From a virus (taxonomy: Duplodnaviria > Caudoviricetes): a stretch of 62,871 bases of DNA. Below are positions 29,012-38,022 of this stretch, piece by piece. Position 1 is the stretch's first letter. Every line of letters starts with the position of its first letter. A program made the position numbers and the translations under genes. The stretch lies in IMG/VR virus record IMGVR_UViG_3300046012_000093, positions 1 to 62,871 of that record. One strand, written 5' to 3'. Under the pieces are notes generated by a model. That model was not told the origin of the DNA and did no database searches. It saw only the letters and a program-made list of their open reading frames with translations.

Positions 29012-29550
29012 GACGTGAGCCTATAGAAGTTCGTCAGCCACTCTTTAGAGGCTTCATTGAACCGTAGAATCTTGACGTCACGACGATCTTCAGGACCACC
29101 CCGGATGATATGGTTTCGTTCCCAGAAGTACTGTTCGGCGTCTGCCTGCTTGACTTCCTTAGGCCACGGATAGATAGCCCCGAACTGTTCTGCAATCGCG
29201 GAAGACACACGGTCTTCTATGACTCGATATTCAGGAATCAGACTCTTCAGTGGGGACGGAACGTCACACATGAAAGCCTCAGAAGCGTCATGGAGGAGAG
29301 CTTCGAGGGGATACTTCTCGCACCTCTCCATGACATGGAGACAATGTTGTGCGACTGAGAAGAACACAGGAGATTGTCCTGCAAATCGACACGCATGGGA
29401 TAGTCCGATTGCGATGTCTTCAGGACTGAAGTCCTTCGGATCAGAGAAGATCAGATACCTTCCACTGACTGTCCTGATATGTGGATCGGCTTCAAGAGGT
29501 TGATCGATTGCCGTTCCGTCGTCGTCAAATAGACGTGATAGATTATTCAA
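29008..29550 (-). CDS. HD-domain deoxynucleotide phosphohydrolase (YfbR-like)
   Basis: CRFAG...SVAQH...LLHDASEAFMCDVPSPLK. Confidence 0.85.
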   Translation of the reverse strand: MNNLSRLFDDDGTAIDQPLEADPHIRTVSGRYLIFSDPKDFSPEDIAIGLSHACRFAGQSPVFFSVAQHCLHVMERCEKYPLEALLHDASEAFMCDVPSPLKSLIPEYRVIEDRVSSAIAEQFGAIYPWPKEVKQADAEQYFWERNHIIRGGPEDRRDVKILRFNEASKEWLTNFYRLTS

Positions 29551-29705
29551 TTCTTATCCCAAGTTCTAATGATGAAAGTTGGCCGTTCTTTGAGTTTTGA
29601 ACACTCCTCACAACGAAACAACTGTTTCAGTTCTCGATAGTTATATGTATAACCGATAATCTTGACCCAATACTCTTTCTCTAGTTTCCACTTATGGAAG
29701 TGCAT
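29547..29705 (-). CDS. 52-aa hypothetical protein
   Basis: MHFHKW...CEEC; coupled to neighbours. Confidence 0.4.
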   Translation of the reverse strand: MHFHKWKLEKEYWVKIIGYTYNYRELKQLFRCEECSKLKERPTFIIRTWDKN

Positions 29706-29859
29706 CTAGATTCTCAAGGAGTTCTTTGTTGTTGATCCACTTGTATTCGAATGCGTCTAGAATTTCGAAAGCAGTCAGACCTAGAATTTCACACAATTCT
29801 TCTGCTGTGTATCTCAGTTCAATCTTTTCCATCAATGCATAAGTCCGGTCGTATTCCAT
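29692..29859 (-). CDS. 55-aa acidic hypothetical protein
   Basis: ELCEILGLTAFEILDAF; TGATG coupling. Confidence 0.5.
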   Translation of the reverse strand: MEYDRTYALMEKIELRYTAEELCEILGLTAFEILDAFEYKWINNKELLENLDALP

Positions 29860-30563
29860 CAGACTTTGGCTCTCTTGCCAGTCGACCAAGAATGACAGAC
29901 TTGGCACTGAAGACGTTGGACCTTGAAGTACTTCGTCCTCCGATAGCCCCGTTGTTGGACATGGTCTGATCCACAAGAACCACAGAGACCCTTGTTGTCT
30001 CCGAGATGTGGGTGGTCAAGAATATAAGGCTGAATCTTCTTATAGAGTGCAGCCGTGACCTTGACGTCTTTGATACAGTACCGCTGCATCCTCTTCTGGG
30101 CTGCTTGATTCCCTTCGAGTACAGATCGCCAGAGATTGAACCCTTCATGCTTCATCTTCGATCCGACTTCAAGAAGTGGTGCGATGTAAGCGAGTCGGTT
30201 CATGACGAAGCCGAGCCCCTTGACTGTCTTGATCAGATCGATAGATGTCGGAGGGGCGAAAGGTGGGATGCCCTCTAGGAGAAGGTGTCCCTTGATCTTA
30301 GGAAGATCATACTTGTTAGAGTTGTACCCGATGACGGCGTCTGCCTCGTCGAGGAGTTCTCGTAGAGCCAGAGCCATCGTATGCTTACCATGTTCCCATT
30401 CTGAATAGAAGATGTAATCCTTCGATCCGATCCAATGGGCACAAAAACATAATAGACCACCAGGATCGATCAGTTGGGCCGGAGAAATGTTCTCGTCCCA
30501 CATCCGCCAGACATAGGCGACAGCAGGCGACCATTCAATGTCTATAACGAGGAGCTTACTCAA
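29859..30563 (-). CDS. RNase H-fold (DnaQ-like) exonuclease with C-terminal Zn ribbon
   Basis: LVIDIE, GYNSNKYD, YCIKDV, CGSC...CQVC. Confidence 0.8.
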   Translation of the reverse strand: MSKLLVIDIEWSPAVAYVWRMWDENISPAQLIDPGGLLCFCAHWIGSKDYIFYSEWEHGKHTMALALRELLDEADAVIGYNSNKYDLPKIKGHLLLEGIPPFAPPTSIDLIKTVKGLGFVMNRLAYIAPLLEVGSKMKHEGFNLWRSVLEGNQAAQKRMQRYCIKDVKVTAALYKKIQPYILDHPHLGDNKGLCGSCGSDHVQQRGYRRTKYFKVQRLQCQVCHSWSTGKRAKV

Positions 30564-30791
30564 TCAGATATCCTCGATGACACGACCGTGCTCAGACTGG
30601 AGAGCCCCGATGACATCGATGTCTTCTTCGTCGAAGAACCCTTGTTCACGGGCTAGGTCACAGGCGTAGTCATAGCCGTCCCAGTTGTCGACACCGGCTT
30701 CTTCGAGATACTCTAGCCATTCGGCCCTGACGAGCAGGTTGTTATACTCTTCGGCTGAGATAGTTACAGTTTCTTGTTCTTGATTTTCCAT
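30564..30791 (-). CDS. acidic protein of the GVDNWxGY family (possible RecBCD inhibitor)
   Basis: VTISAEEY...LEEAGVDNWDGY; function from recall only. Confidence 0.45.
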   Translation of the reverse strand: MENQEQETVTISAEEYNNLLVRAEWLEYLEEAGVDNWDGYDYACDLAREQGFFDEEDIDVIGALQSEHGRVIEDI

Positions 30792-30792
30792 A

Positions 30793-31137
30793 TCAGTTCT
30801 CAAATGCTTTCAACAGTTCTAGAGCTTCATCTGCATCCCCTAGGATCAACTGATCCAGAAGATTTTGGTATCCAAGTCGAAGTTCTTCTAATTCCTTGTC
30901 AAGTCTAACGGTGTCTTGTTGTGACATATCGCTGAAGACGACATATTGATACCAATAGTGAGAGTTTTGGTCGTCTCGTCCGCGATTATTAATAGAGAAG
31001 CGACCATTTTCGAGAGCTTGTAGTCGTTCTCCACAAGTCATCGGAGTGATCTTGTACTTGTCATTGACGGCAGTACGTCTCTTACTATAGATCGCAGTAG
31101 CTCGTTCACGAGCATACTTCAATTGTGTTCCGTTCAC
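30793..31137 (-). CDS. hypothetical protein
   Basis: 114 aa; coupled operon. Confidence 0.55.
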   Translation of the reverse strand: MNGTQLKYARERATAIYSKRRTAVNDKYKITPMTCGERLQALENGRFSINNRGRDDQNSHYWYQYVVFSDMSQQDTVRLDKELEELRLGYQNLLDQLILGDADEALELLKAFEN

Positions 31138-31322
31138 TTTACCACCCTCACAATAGTAGGATTATTTGGATTCTTTTCTGGATTAAACTTATATAAATCT
31201 GCCAGAGCACTTTTTTCTTTGGAGTATGATCCTATATTTGAATCTCTCCATTCGTCTTGACGAAGACCCTCGACTTGAAGATAGAATCTTCCGTCTGACT
31301 TTTCTACTACACGATAGTTCAT
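31134..31322 (-). CDS. hypothetical protein
   Basis: MNYRVVEK...; ATGA overlap with upstream stop. Confidence 0.5.
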   Translation of the reverse strand: MNYRVVEKSDGRFYLQVEGLRQDEWRDSNIGSYSKEKSALADLYKFNPEKNPNNPTIVRVVK

Positions 31323-32029
31323 GGATTGATCTCGATAGTCAGTGGTTTCCAATCAGGATTCTCACGAGGATAACCACGAGGATTACAGACGGTCCTTACA
31401 CCGTCGACGATTTGATCGGCTGGCGCATGGGTATGTCCGTGGTTCCAGACGAGAATGGTGTCGTGGAATTCTTTCCGGAGGTTTGCCATACGTGGATTCA
31501 TGTACCAGACGTTTGAGAAATGACCGTCGAAATCTTTGTTCAACGTGTCTTCAGACGGTGCTGTATGAGTAGTAATGACTACCTTCTGATTGGCCTGTCG
31601 TGCGAACAGGAGTTGGTCATAGACGAACATCGCGTCTAGTTCAGCCTGAGTGTTGACATCTTCAGAAGGACCGACTAAGCCTCCGTCTGTCATGTAACCA
31701 GCCCAGAGACCCTCATCTTCGACGTAGTACCATCCGTTGACCTGGATGAACCGCAATCCGTCGATGTCTACGACACTTGGGAATTCCGAATTGAACCTCT
31801 CTGTCGTCTCTCTGATCGAACGTCCTTTATTCTTGTTCGAATAGTGTTCATGATTACCGTCACAGGCTATCACGACATGTCCAGAGCGTCTGAGCTTGTT
31901 CATGTACTTCAGACCTGCAAGACCATTAGCAGAGTCACCGGCGACTACGACGACATCTTCATAAGCTTCGACAGGGATATGTACCTGTGGATGATCTAAA
32001 TGAAGATCGGACACGAGTGAGTACTTCAC
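31319..32029 (-). CDS. calcineurin-like metallophosphoesterase
   Basis: SDLH, AGD, GNHE, HTAP, HGHTH; GTG start overlapping upstream TGA. Confidence 0.85.
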   Translation of the reverse strand: MKYSLVSDLHLDHPQVHIPVEAYEDVVVVAGDSANGLAGLKYMNKLRRSGHVVIACDGNHEHYSNKNKGRSIRETTERFNSEFPSVVDIDGLRFIQVNGWYYVEDEGLWAGYMTDGGLVGPSEDVNTQAELDAMFVYDQLLFARQANQKVVITTHTAPSEDTLNKDFDGHFSNVWYMNPRMANLRKEFHDTILVWNHGHTHAPADQIVDGVRTVCNPRGYPRENPDWKPLTIEINP

Positions 32030-32508
32030 TTCTTTTTCTTTCGTTTCTTGGGTTTCTTCTTCGGGACGAACCATCCCGTATGTGGACCGTCGATGTAATC
32101 AGCTACCTTACGAAGCAATATCGGATCAGTATGTTTTCCAACAACTCTATGATTATGATATGAACATAGAATGCCCCGAATCTCACCAACATTAGAACCC
32201 GAATGAATATGGTCTACGGCTAGATTTTTACCTTCTTGTTCTGGTGTTTTACCACAGATAGCACAACCACCACCTTGTCGTTGAAGAAGTTCATCATATT
32301 GATTTTGCGTAATACCGTAACGATTTAACAGATAATAATTTCTTGTCGCAATCATTTCTCTCCAACGTTTCTTATGTCCTTGTCTTTCAGGACTTTTCTC
32401 TATACTTCGACCACAACAATACTTAGAACAAAATCGTTGAAAAGCTCGATAGGCTTGAAATTCTATACCACACTCTTCACAAATTTTATGAATATTTTGA
32501 GATTTCAA
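32026..32508 (-). CDS. endonuclease VII-like (Holliday junction resolvase/HNH)
   Basis: YGIT...CAIC...LAVDHIH...RGILCSYHN. Confidence 0.85.
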   Translation of the reverse strand: MKSQNIHKICEECGIEFQAYRAFQRFCSKYCCGRSIEKSPERQGHKKRWREMIATRNYYLLNRYGITQNQYDELLQRQGGGCAICGKTPEQEGKNLAVDHIHSGSNVGEIRGILCSYHNHRVVGKHTDPILLRKVADYIDGPHTGWFVPKKKPKKRKKKK

Positions 32509-33326
32509 GATCGGGTCTCAAAGACGTCCGGTTCACGGATAATTCTCGTCATGTACCTAGGACCAGTTGAATACTGAAATACACGGAGATTATCCCAACA
32601 GACGAATTTGTGGTTGCAGTAACTGCACCCTACTCCGAGTTTACGATTTCCAGATTTTCCATCTGGTTCATCTGAATAACAACGTTCAGGAGGTGTCTCT
32701 TGTGCTACGACTTTCTTGAGGTGTTCAATCCGAGATTTGACATCAGGGAGGTCTTTCTTGTCCTTGATGAACAACGCTATGTGTCCGAGCTGTTTGTCAA
32801 TAACTAAAAGACCCCCACGTCCAGTCTCTGTGCCCTCTACATAACCAGACACCTGATAAGAATAAGAGAACAAACCAGGAGTAAGCTTATCAGAAAAGTT
32901 CTTAAAGGATTGGCTTGAAGCAGATTTACAATCGACCAACACGCCATCAACAGTACAATCAATACTGCCTCTGATACCGTCAACGACGATTTCTTTTTGT
33001 CGATCAAAAACATCGTGCCCTGCTTCTACCGCGAGGAAGAGGAGGAGTTCTTCGAGGATGTCTCCGAACAGAAATTTGATCTTAGCGGAGGGTGGAAGAT
33101 CGTCCGTTGATTCAGTCCTGATCTCGTACCAGAGTTGTCGGTCTGGCTTGTCGAGGTTGGACATTCTAAGAGAGCCCTTCCCGGACCTGACCTCAGAGAG
33201 CCGTCGCCCAACCATGTCAGATATCCCTCTTCCGAGGATTTCGAGATTTGCTTCGTCACAGACATGAGGTTCCTTTCCAAAGAGAGCATAAATATCTTGC
33301 GTCAGAGTTTCAATCGTCTTAACCAA
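32505..33326 (-). CDS. PD-(D/E)XK exonuclease
   Basis: LRMSNL, KFLFGD, GSID...DCKSAS, Q..GY, CSYC. Confidence 0.8.
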   Translation of the reverse strand: MVKTIETLTQDIYALFGKEPHVCDEANLEILGRGISDMVGRRLSEVRSGKGSLRMSNLDKPDRQLWYEIRTESTDDLPPSAKIKFLFGDILEELLLFLAVEAGHDVFDRQKEIVVDGIRGSIDCTVDGVLVDCKSASSQSFKNFSDKLTPGLFSYSYQVSGYVEGTETGRGGLLVIDKQLGHIALFIKDKKDLPDVKSRIEHLKKVVAQETPPERCYSDEPDGKSGNRKLGVGCSYCNHKFVCWDNLRVFQYSTGPRYMTRIIREPDVFETRS

Positions 33327-33748
33327 CTACAGACCTTTTCTAATTCTTCTAAAGAAGCGTCGTTCTTTATTCTATTAGCTTTCATAGAAATAACTGCGAC
33401 GTTATCCTTAGTATATCCTTTTGATGGATCAATTTTATCTATAGAGGGGCTATTATCTTTATTAGAAATGTTATAGTTTATTTGTAATGGAATTCCTAAC
33501 ACAGGACATTTATCAGGAATCTGTAAATCATCTTCTGTCAAATCAAAAGACCATCCCCTCTTTTTTGATGCATATCTTTTTTGACTGACTTGTGATCTAG
33601 CCCAATTACTACGATAAGCTCTCTGTGTATATGTCAATCCTGATCCAGTTGAACAAAATGCACAATACCAATATCTTTTATTTTGTGCTACAAACTGAAG
33701 TTTACAAGAGCGACAGATACGATTTTGTGTAGGAGCCTTAGGCGTCAT
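33302..33748 (-). CDS. free-standing HNH-type homing endonuclease
   Basis: CPVLGIP...SPSIDKIDPSKGYTKDNV..IS..ANRIK; AT-rich. Confidence 0.75.
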   Translation of the reverse strand: MTPKAPTQNRICRSCKLQFVAQNKRYWYCAFCSTGSGLTYTQRAYRSNWARSQVSQKRYASKKRGWSFDLTEDDLQIPDKCPVLGIPLQINYNISNKDNSPSIDKIDPSKGYTKDNVAVISMKANRIKNDASLEELEKVCSWLRRLKL

Positions 33749-33753
33749 AAATG

Positions 33754-33966
33754 TCAGACAACGTCAAAAGCCCCTGTATCTTCGACGATCTCGAAACTGT
33801 CTTCGATTGGAGATTCTACGAGGACCTGTTCAGTCACGAGATATCTCTCGTAATGCTTCTCGGAGAAGAGCCTCTTGGCATGTGCTTCGTTGTCTGCGAG
33901 GACTTGTGCAGACACAGTCCTTATACCTTGGACTTCAGTCTTAAATCTGATTTTGTAATGTCTCAT
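33754..33966 (-). CDS. hypothetical protein
   Basis: SD GAGG before ATG 33966. Confidence 0.5.
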   Translation of the reverse strand: MRHYKIRFKTEVQGIRTVSAQVLADNEAHAKRLFSEKHYERYLVTEQVLVESPIEDSFEIVEDTGAFDVV

Positions 33967-34105
33967 TATGCCTCTAAGAATAAAATTGGGGACACCTGAC
34001 AAGTCCTACGTCTGCAATTCGTCTGCTTATATGGGAAAGTAGGAAAATCATATAATTGACTCTGAGGTGTGTGCCTACTTGACAACCCCAATTCTTCTAG
34101 TTAAT

Positions 34106-34273
34106 CACGACCTGTGGGGGACCGTTGATGATGAAGTTATAGAAGACAGCAGCAGCGTTAGTGATCTCAGGAACAGTCTTGAGTACGCCGTTCTCTCCAG
34201 AGAGACCAATGGCCCAATTCAGCGCCGTATAACGACGTTGAGCTTCTTCATACACTACTTGATTTTCTTCCAT
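34106..34273 (-). CDS. 55-aa hypothetical protein
   Basis: TAATG coupling to SSB stop; SD GAGG. Confidence 0.45.
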
Positions 34274-34746
34274 TAAGCTACCTCTTCTAGTCCTTCAGGT
34301 TCATCCCAAGCTTCTTGTTTAGTCTCGGCTTGGTTCTTTACAGGGAAATCTTCTTCACGTCCGGCGTATTCGACTAGGTCCCAGACTTGAATCTTGTTGA
34401 CCCAGACAGACGTGTTCTTGAACTTGTTCTCGAAGATAGACAACGAGACGTTCAGAGTACTGCCGTTACCGATCTTGTCACGACCCCAGGGTTGACCATG
34501 ATGGTCGATGATTTCGATGGGGGCGTTTCGTTCACCCTTACCGTTCAGTTCCTTCCGACGTAGACGGATAAAAGTCTCACCGTCCTTCGTCTGCTTGAAC
34601 GTCCCGGTGAAACCGGCCTTCGTAAGAGCTTCTTGGGTCTTCTTGTCGACGACTAGATCGACCGTCCATTCGTTATATGTGTTGCCATATCCGGCTACGG
34701 GCGAGCCAGTAATTTTCGCCCAAAGACTCTTGCCTTGAATTAGCAT
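34273..34746 (-). CDS. single-stranded DNA-binding protein (T7 gp2.5-like)
   Basis: WAK...IGNGSTLNV...IQVWDLVEY; acidic tail. Confidence 0.75.
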   Translation of the reverse strand: MLIQGKSLWAKITGSPVAGYGNTYNEWTVDLVVDKKTQEALTKAGFTGTFKQTKDGETFIRLRRKELNGKGERNAPIEIIDHHGQPWGRDKIGNGSTLNVSLSIFENKFKNTSVWVNKIQVWDLVEYAGREEDFPVKNQAETKQEAWDEPEGLEEVA

Positions 34747-34771
34747 TGTTTTTCCTTGGTTACTTACTTAA

Positions 34772-34987
34772 TCAGTTGCCTAGTAGTGTCTGTACTGCCT
34801 TCAGGGCGTTCGTAGCCTGGATAGACAGCTTCTGTTGGACTTCGGCCTCATGGGCATGGAAGTCAGCCAGTTCGGAGTGAAAATCCAAGACGTCTTCTAG
34901 ATCACTCTGGAGCTTTGAAAACTTCAGGAGGACAGAAGTTACCGTCTTCGTACCGAAGAGATTCTTAAACATAGTCAGTAGATTCAT
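34772..34987 (-). CDS. hypothetical helical protein
   Basis: 71 aa; first gene after the sigma70 promoter. Confidence 0.55.
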   Translation of the reverse strand: MNLLTMFKNLFGTKTVTSVLLKFSKLQSDLEDVLDFHSELADFHAHEAEVQQKLSIQATNALKAVQTLLGN

Positions 34988-35003
34988 TTTCTTTCCTATT
35001 ATT

Positions 35004-35032
35004 ATTATATCAAATTATACGCTTGTCGTCAA
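35004..35032 (-). promoter_or_regulatory. sigma70-type promoter
   Basis: TTGACG-N17-TATAAT with TG extension. Confidence 0.85.
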
Positions 35033-35073
35033 CTACTTTTTAATAACCAGCTAACCAAGATCGAATACCCCAT

Positions 35074-37659
35074 CTAGTGTGTCTCTGCCCACGTAGGCCC
35101 GATCTTGAATGATCCGGCGAGTGGGACACGGAAATTGAGTTCCTCACCGGCGTCTCTGATTGCGTCCTCGGTGATCTTTCCGAGTTCTTCTGCATCTCTA
35201 TGGATGACTTGATGTTGTCCTTCGTCATGGACATCAGCGACCTTCCTGTGTTCGATTCCCTTCTCACGACCCTTTTGATCTATCATGACTGAGGCGGTCT
35301 TCATGACGATGGCTTCTGCGGGTTGAATCTTATAGTTGAGCGCAGCAGACCTGTTAGGGCACCTGACGTACCCTCCGTCAGGACAGAGTAGAAACCCTCC
35401 GTTCCTATCGAACTCGGCCTGTGCGGCCTCTGTAGCCTCTTTAAGACCAGGACAGACTAGATACATCTGTTCCTGAATCCAAGTCCCGTAAGTTTCTATT
35501 TCTTGTCTAGTACCAACCATACCCGCTGTTGACGCCAGTTTCGGAGGATACGCACCGAAGAGGTTAGCAAAGAAGACATTCTTGACAGGTTTTCGAGCGA
35601 TACCAATGATGTCAGCATTCTCTTGATGTGGGTCTGGGCAGAATTCTGTGTCGTAATATCTTCGACCTGTTGAAGGGTCAGGTAGAACGTTAGCGAAACA
35701 TCGCATCTGAATTGACTTGGCGTCGTACCCAAGGAGCGTCCATACGGAGTGATCCGGAACTGTCCAAAGGCGGCGGCATTCTTGTCCATATTCTGCCTCG
35801 GTGCTTGGTATGTTAGCTGTGTTACCCGTTATGGTAATGAAGTCATCTTGTTTCATTACCCATGTACCAAATTCTGTCGTAGGACACCAGACAGGTTCAA
35901 TTCCCTCATAACGGAGAGACATGTCCTTCGTCCGCATGAAGACACTTTTCGTTTGGACTACGTTATAACCCATCCGTTGATTCAAACCCTTGAGTTTTCT
36001 TTTCTGACAAGCAGAAATTCGTGTCTCTGAAATAAGATATAAGCATGTCAGAAACGCATCTAACAACGATCCTTCAGCTTGTGCAAAAGTCCAGGTTTCA
36101 CGTCCTCTAGGACGACACCCATCAGCTAATAAGAACCCTTGCATCATAGCTTTGAGTTCTGGATCAGAGAGTTTACAAATCTCCGATGTCCAGTCTCTTT
36201 CATATTTCTCTTGGATTAATTCAAAGTCAGACTCTTTGACATCATTATCGAAAGGAGCATTAATTCTAATTCGAGCGTTATGTCGAAGTTTGTGTGCTTC
36301 GACTAGTTTTTCTTTAAGATCATTTTTGTGACCAGAACTATCTCTAGCTGTATTGACCCACGAATGGTTTCGCGTACAAAAGAATCTTTTATCAGGATGT
36401 TTCTGACCGAAACTATATATTTCTGCTTGATCAAAAGTTGAGACGTCAAGTAGTGGCGTCCACTTTTTAGTCTTAGTGTTTAAGTCATATGCTAGAATAT
36501 CTTCACCGACAACTAACTCATTATAATATCTCCAACCATTTCGAGTAAGTGCTTGAGAATACAACGGTACACAATTCGGTCCCGTGTGAGTCATCCGTCT
36601 TGAAGCTGCTCCACAAGAGAAGACCTTGCCGTGAATCCTCGAATCTCCAGAGACGTGATTCAGCCAAGTGTCGATCATGTTAGCTCGACCGAAGACTACG
36701 AGATAGTCAGCGATGGCGGTGATCTTTTCGCCCGTCTCTCCTTGGAGAGTCTTCGCGAAGTCCTTCAGAGAATCTTCGTCGACTTGGGGATTACCTTTCT
36801 TGGTGAACTTCTTAGGTTCCCAGCCCAGATCAGTGAGACGACGGAGACGCTGGAGAGGAGACGCGATGTTAAAATCTTGGTGTTCATAGACTGAGTATGT
36901 TCCGTCATTGTTGTGCTCTACTTTGTCATATTCTTCAAGGTGTCGTACATAACTGCTATATGGTCGTCCATCTCTTGTAACCCGATACTGATAGTCGCCA
37001 GCTCTGACGAGTTCAGCCGGGAAGATTTCGCGGATAGACTCTTCAAGACTTTGCTGGCGTGTTCTAAGCGAGGCGTACAGAGACTTAGCTGCGCCTGTAT
37101 CAAAGTGAAATCCATTCCGTTGTTGCTTGTCGATGACGTGGCGAATTCTATGTTCGAGGTAGCAACTCTTTTCCGAGAAACCGACATGACGCATCTTCCT
37201 CGTTAGAATTTCCAACAGCTTGAAATTAATCCTAGCATCAGAAACACAACGCTCCAGTAGAGCAGGCGTGTATCGTGTAAAGTCTTCAATACCTACACCT
37301 TCTTTTTTAATCCCAAGACGCTCTCCATAAGACTCCAGACTATGACCACCGGGAAGACGAGGATGATATAGATAACTAAGTACAAGAGTGTCCAGAATAC
37401 GACTAACGGGAATAGAAGTCCCCAACAGACGATTAATCGTAGGAATGTCGAAAGAGAGAGCATTATGGCCTACCCATATCGTGTCTCGATCCGCTTCTTG
37501 AATGAACTTAAGAACGGCGTCTCGACCGACCAAGCGATGGACAACACCGTCATGGCAAGATATAACAACCGCACAATGAATAACGGTAGCTTTGAGATCA
37601 TCTGTTTCAATGTCTATGATCTTGTATTTAGATTTGTTCTGTTCCCAATTTAGATACAT
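35074..37659 (-). CDS. polA: family A DNA polymerase (T7-like) containing an intein
   Basis: DIETD exonuclease, GHN..FD, motif A YDAKSIQMR, motif B RKPVKNVFFANLFG, motif C VHDE. Confidence 0.95.
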   Translation of the reverse strand: MYLNWEQNKSKYKIIDIETDDLKATVIHCAVVISCHDGVVHRLVGRDAVLKFIQEADRDTIWVGHNALSFDIPTINRLLGTSIPVSRILDTLVLSYLYHPRLPGGHSLESYGERLGIKKEGVGIEDFTRYTPALLERCVSDARINFKLLEILTRKMRHVGFSEKSCYLEHRIRHVIDKQQRNGFHFDTGAAKSLYASLRTRQQSLEESIREIFPAELVRAGDYQYRVTRDGRPYSSYVRHLEEYDKVEHNNDGTYSVYEHQDFNIASPLQRLRRLTDLGWEPKKFTKKGNPQVDEDSLKDFAKTLQGETGEKITAIADYLVVFGRANMIDTWLNHVSGDSRIHGKVFSCGAASRRMTHTGPNCVPLYSQALTRNGWRYYNELVVGEDILAYDLNTKTKKWTPLLDVSTFDQAEIYSFGQKHPDKRFFCTRNHSWVNTARDSSGHKNDLKEKLVEAHKLRHNARIRINAPFDNDVKESDFELIQEKYERDWTSEICKLSDPELKAMMQGFLLADGCRPRGRETWTFAQAEGSLLDAFLTCLYLISETRISACQKRKLKGLNQRMGYNVVQTKSVFMRTKDMSLRYEGIEPVWCPTTEFGTWVMKQDDFITITGNTANIPSTEAEYGQECRRLWTVPDHSVWTLLGYDAKSIQMRCFANVLPDPSTGRRYYDTEFCPDPHQENADIIGIARKPVKNVFFANLFGAYPPKLASTAGMVGTRQEIETYGTWIQEQMYLVCPGLKEATEAAQAEFDRNGGFLLCPDGGYVRCPNRSAALNYKIQPAEAIVMKTASVMIDQKGREKGIEHRKVADVHDEGQHQVIHRDAEELGKITEDAIRDAGEELNFRVPLAGSFKIGPTWAETH
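35821..36573 (-). mobile_element. 251-aa intein in PolA
   Basis: GPN|CVPLYSQALTRNGW...CTRNHSW...GFLLADG...VWCPTT...ITGN|TANIP; removal restores HTGPNTANIP. Confidence 0.9.
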
Positions 37660-37800
37660 TCGTTTCCTTGTCCTGTTCAGTCAGGATTCTATTTATAGTT
37701 TGTGAAGCTTCATCAAGTAACTTACAAACGGCCATCGATGCGTTACAAACTCTCACCATCATCATACAATCATCTGCAACATCTGACGGAGTTCTCATTG

Positions 37801-38022
37801 TCATGGTGTCTCAAATGAATGAGTCGGATCGGACTTTCCGAAATCCTCAGACAGATAAGGCCACAGATGACGTGTCAGAAAGTTCTGTAATTCTTCTCCA
37901 TCTGTAATGACTTGACCATCATTACTACTAGTCCATTTAAGAATCAAACTTTCTAAACTCTTCTTGAGACCTTCTTTAGTGGATACATCGAGCCAGAATT
38001 CTGCTGATTTACTCACGCCCAT
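37801..38022 (-). CDS. hypothetical protein
   Basis: 73 aa; SD AGGAG. Confidence 0.55.
   Translation of the reverse strand: MGVSKSAEFWLDVSTKEGLKKSLESLILKWTSSNDGQVITDGEELQNFLTRHLWPYLSEDFGKSDPTHSFETP

Noticed and set aside
28676-29550. Z-genome (diaminopurine) system
   Set aside because: No PurZ/adenylosuccinate synthetase homolog found
32505-33326. Cas4 / CRISPR adaptation gene
   Set aside because: Ordinary phage PD-(D/E)XK exonuclease in a replication context; no array or cas1
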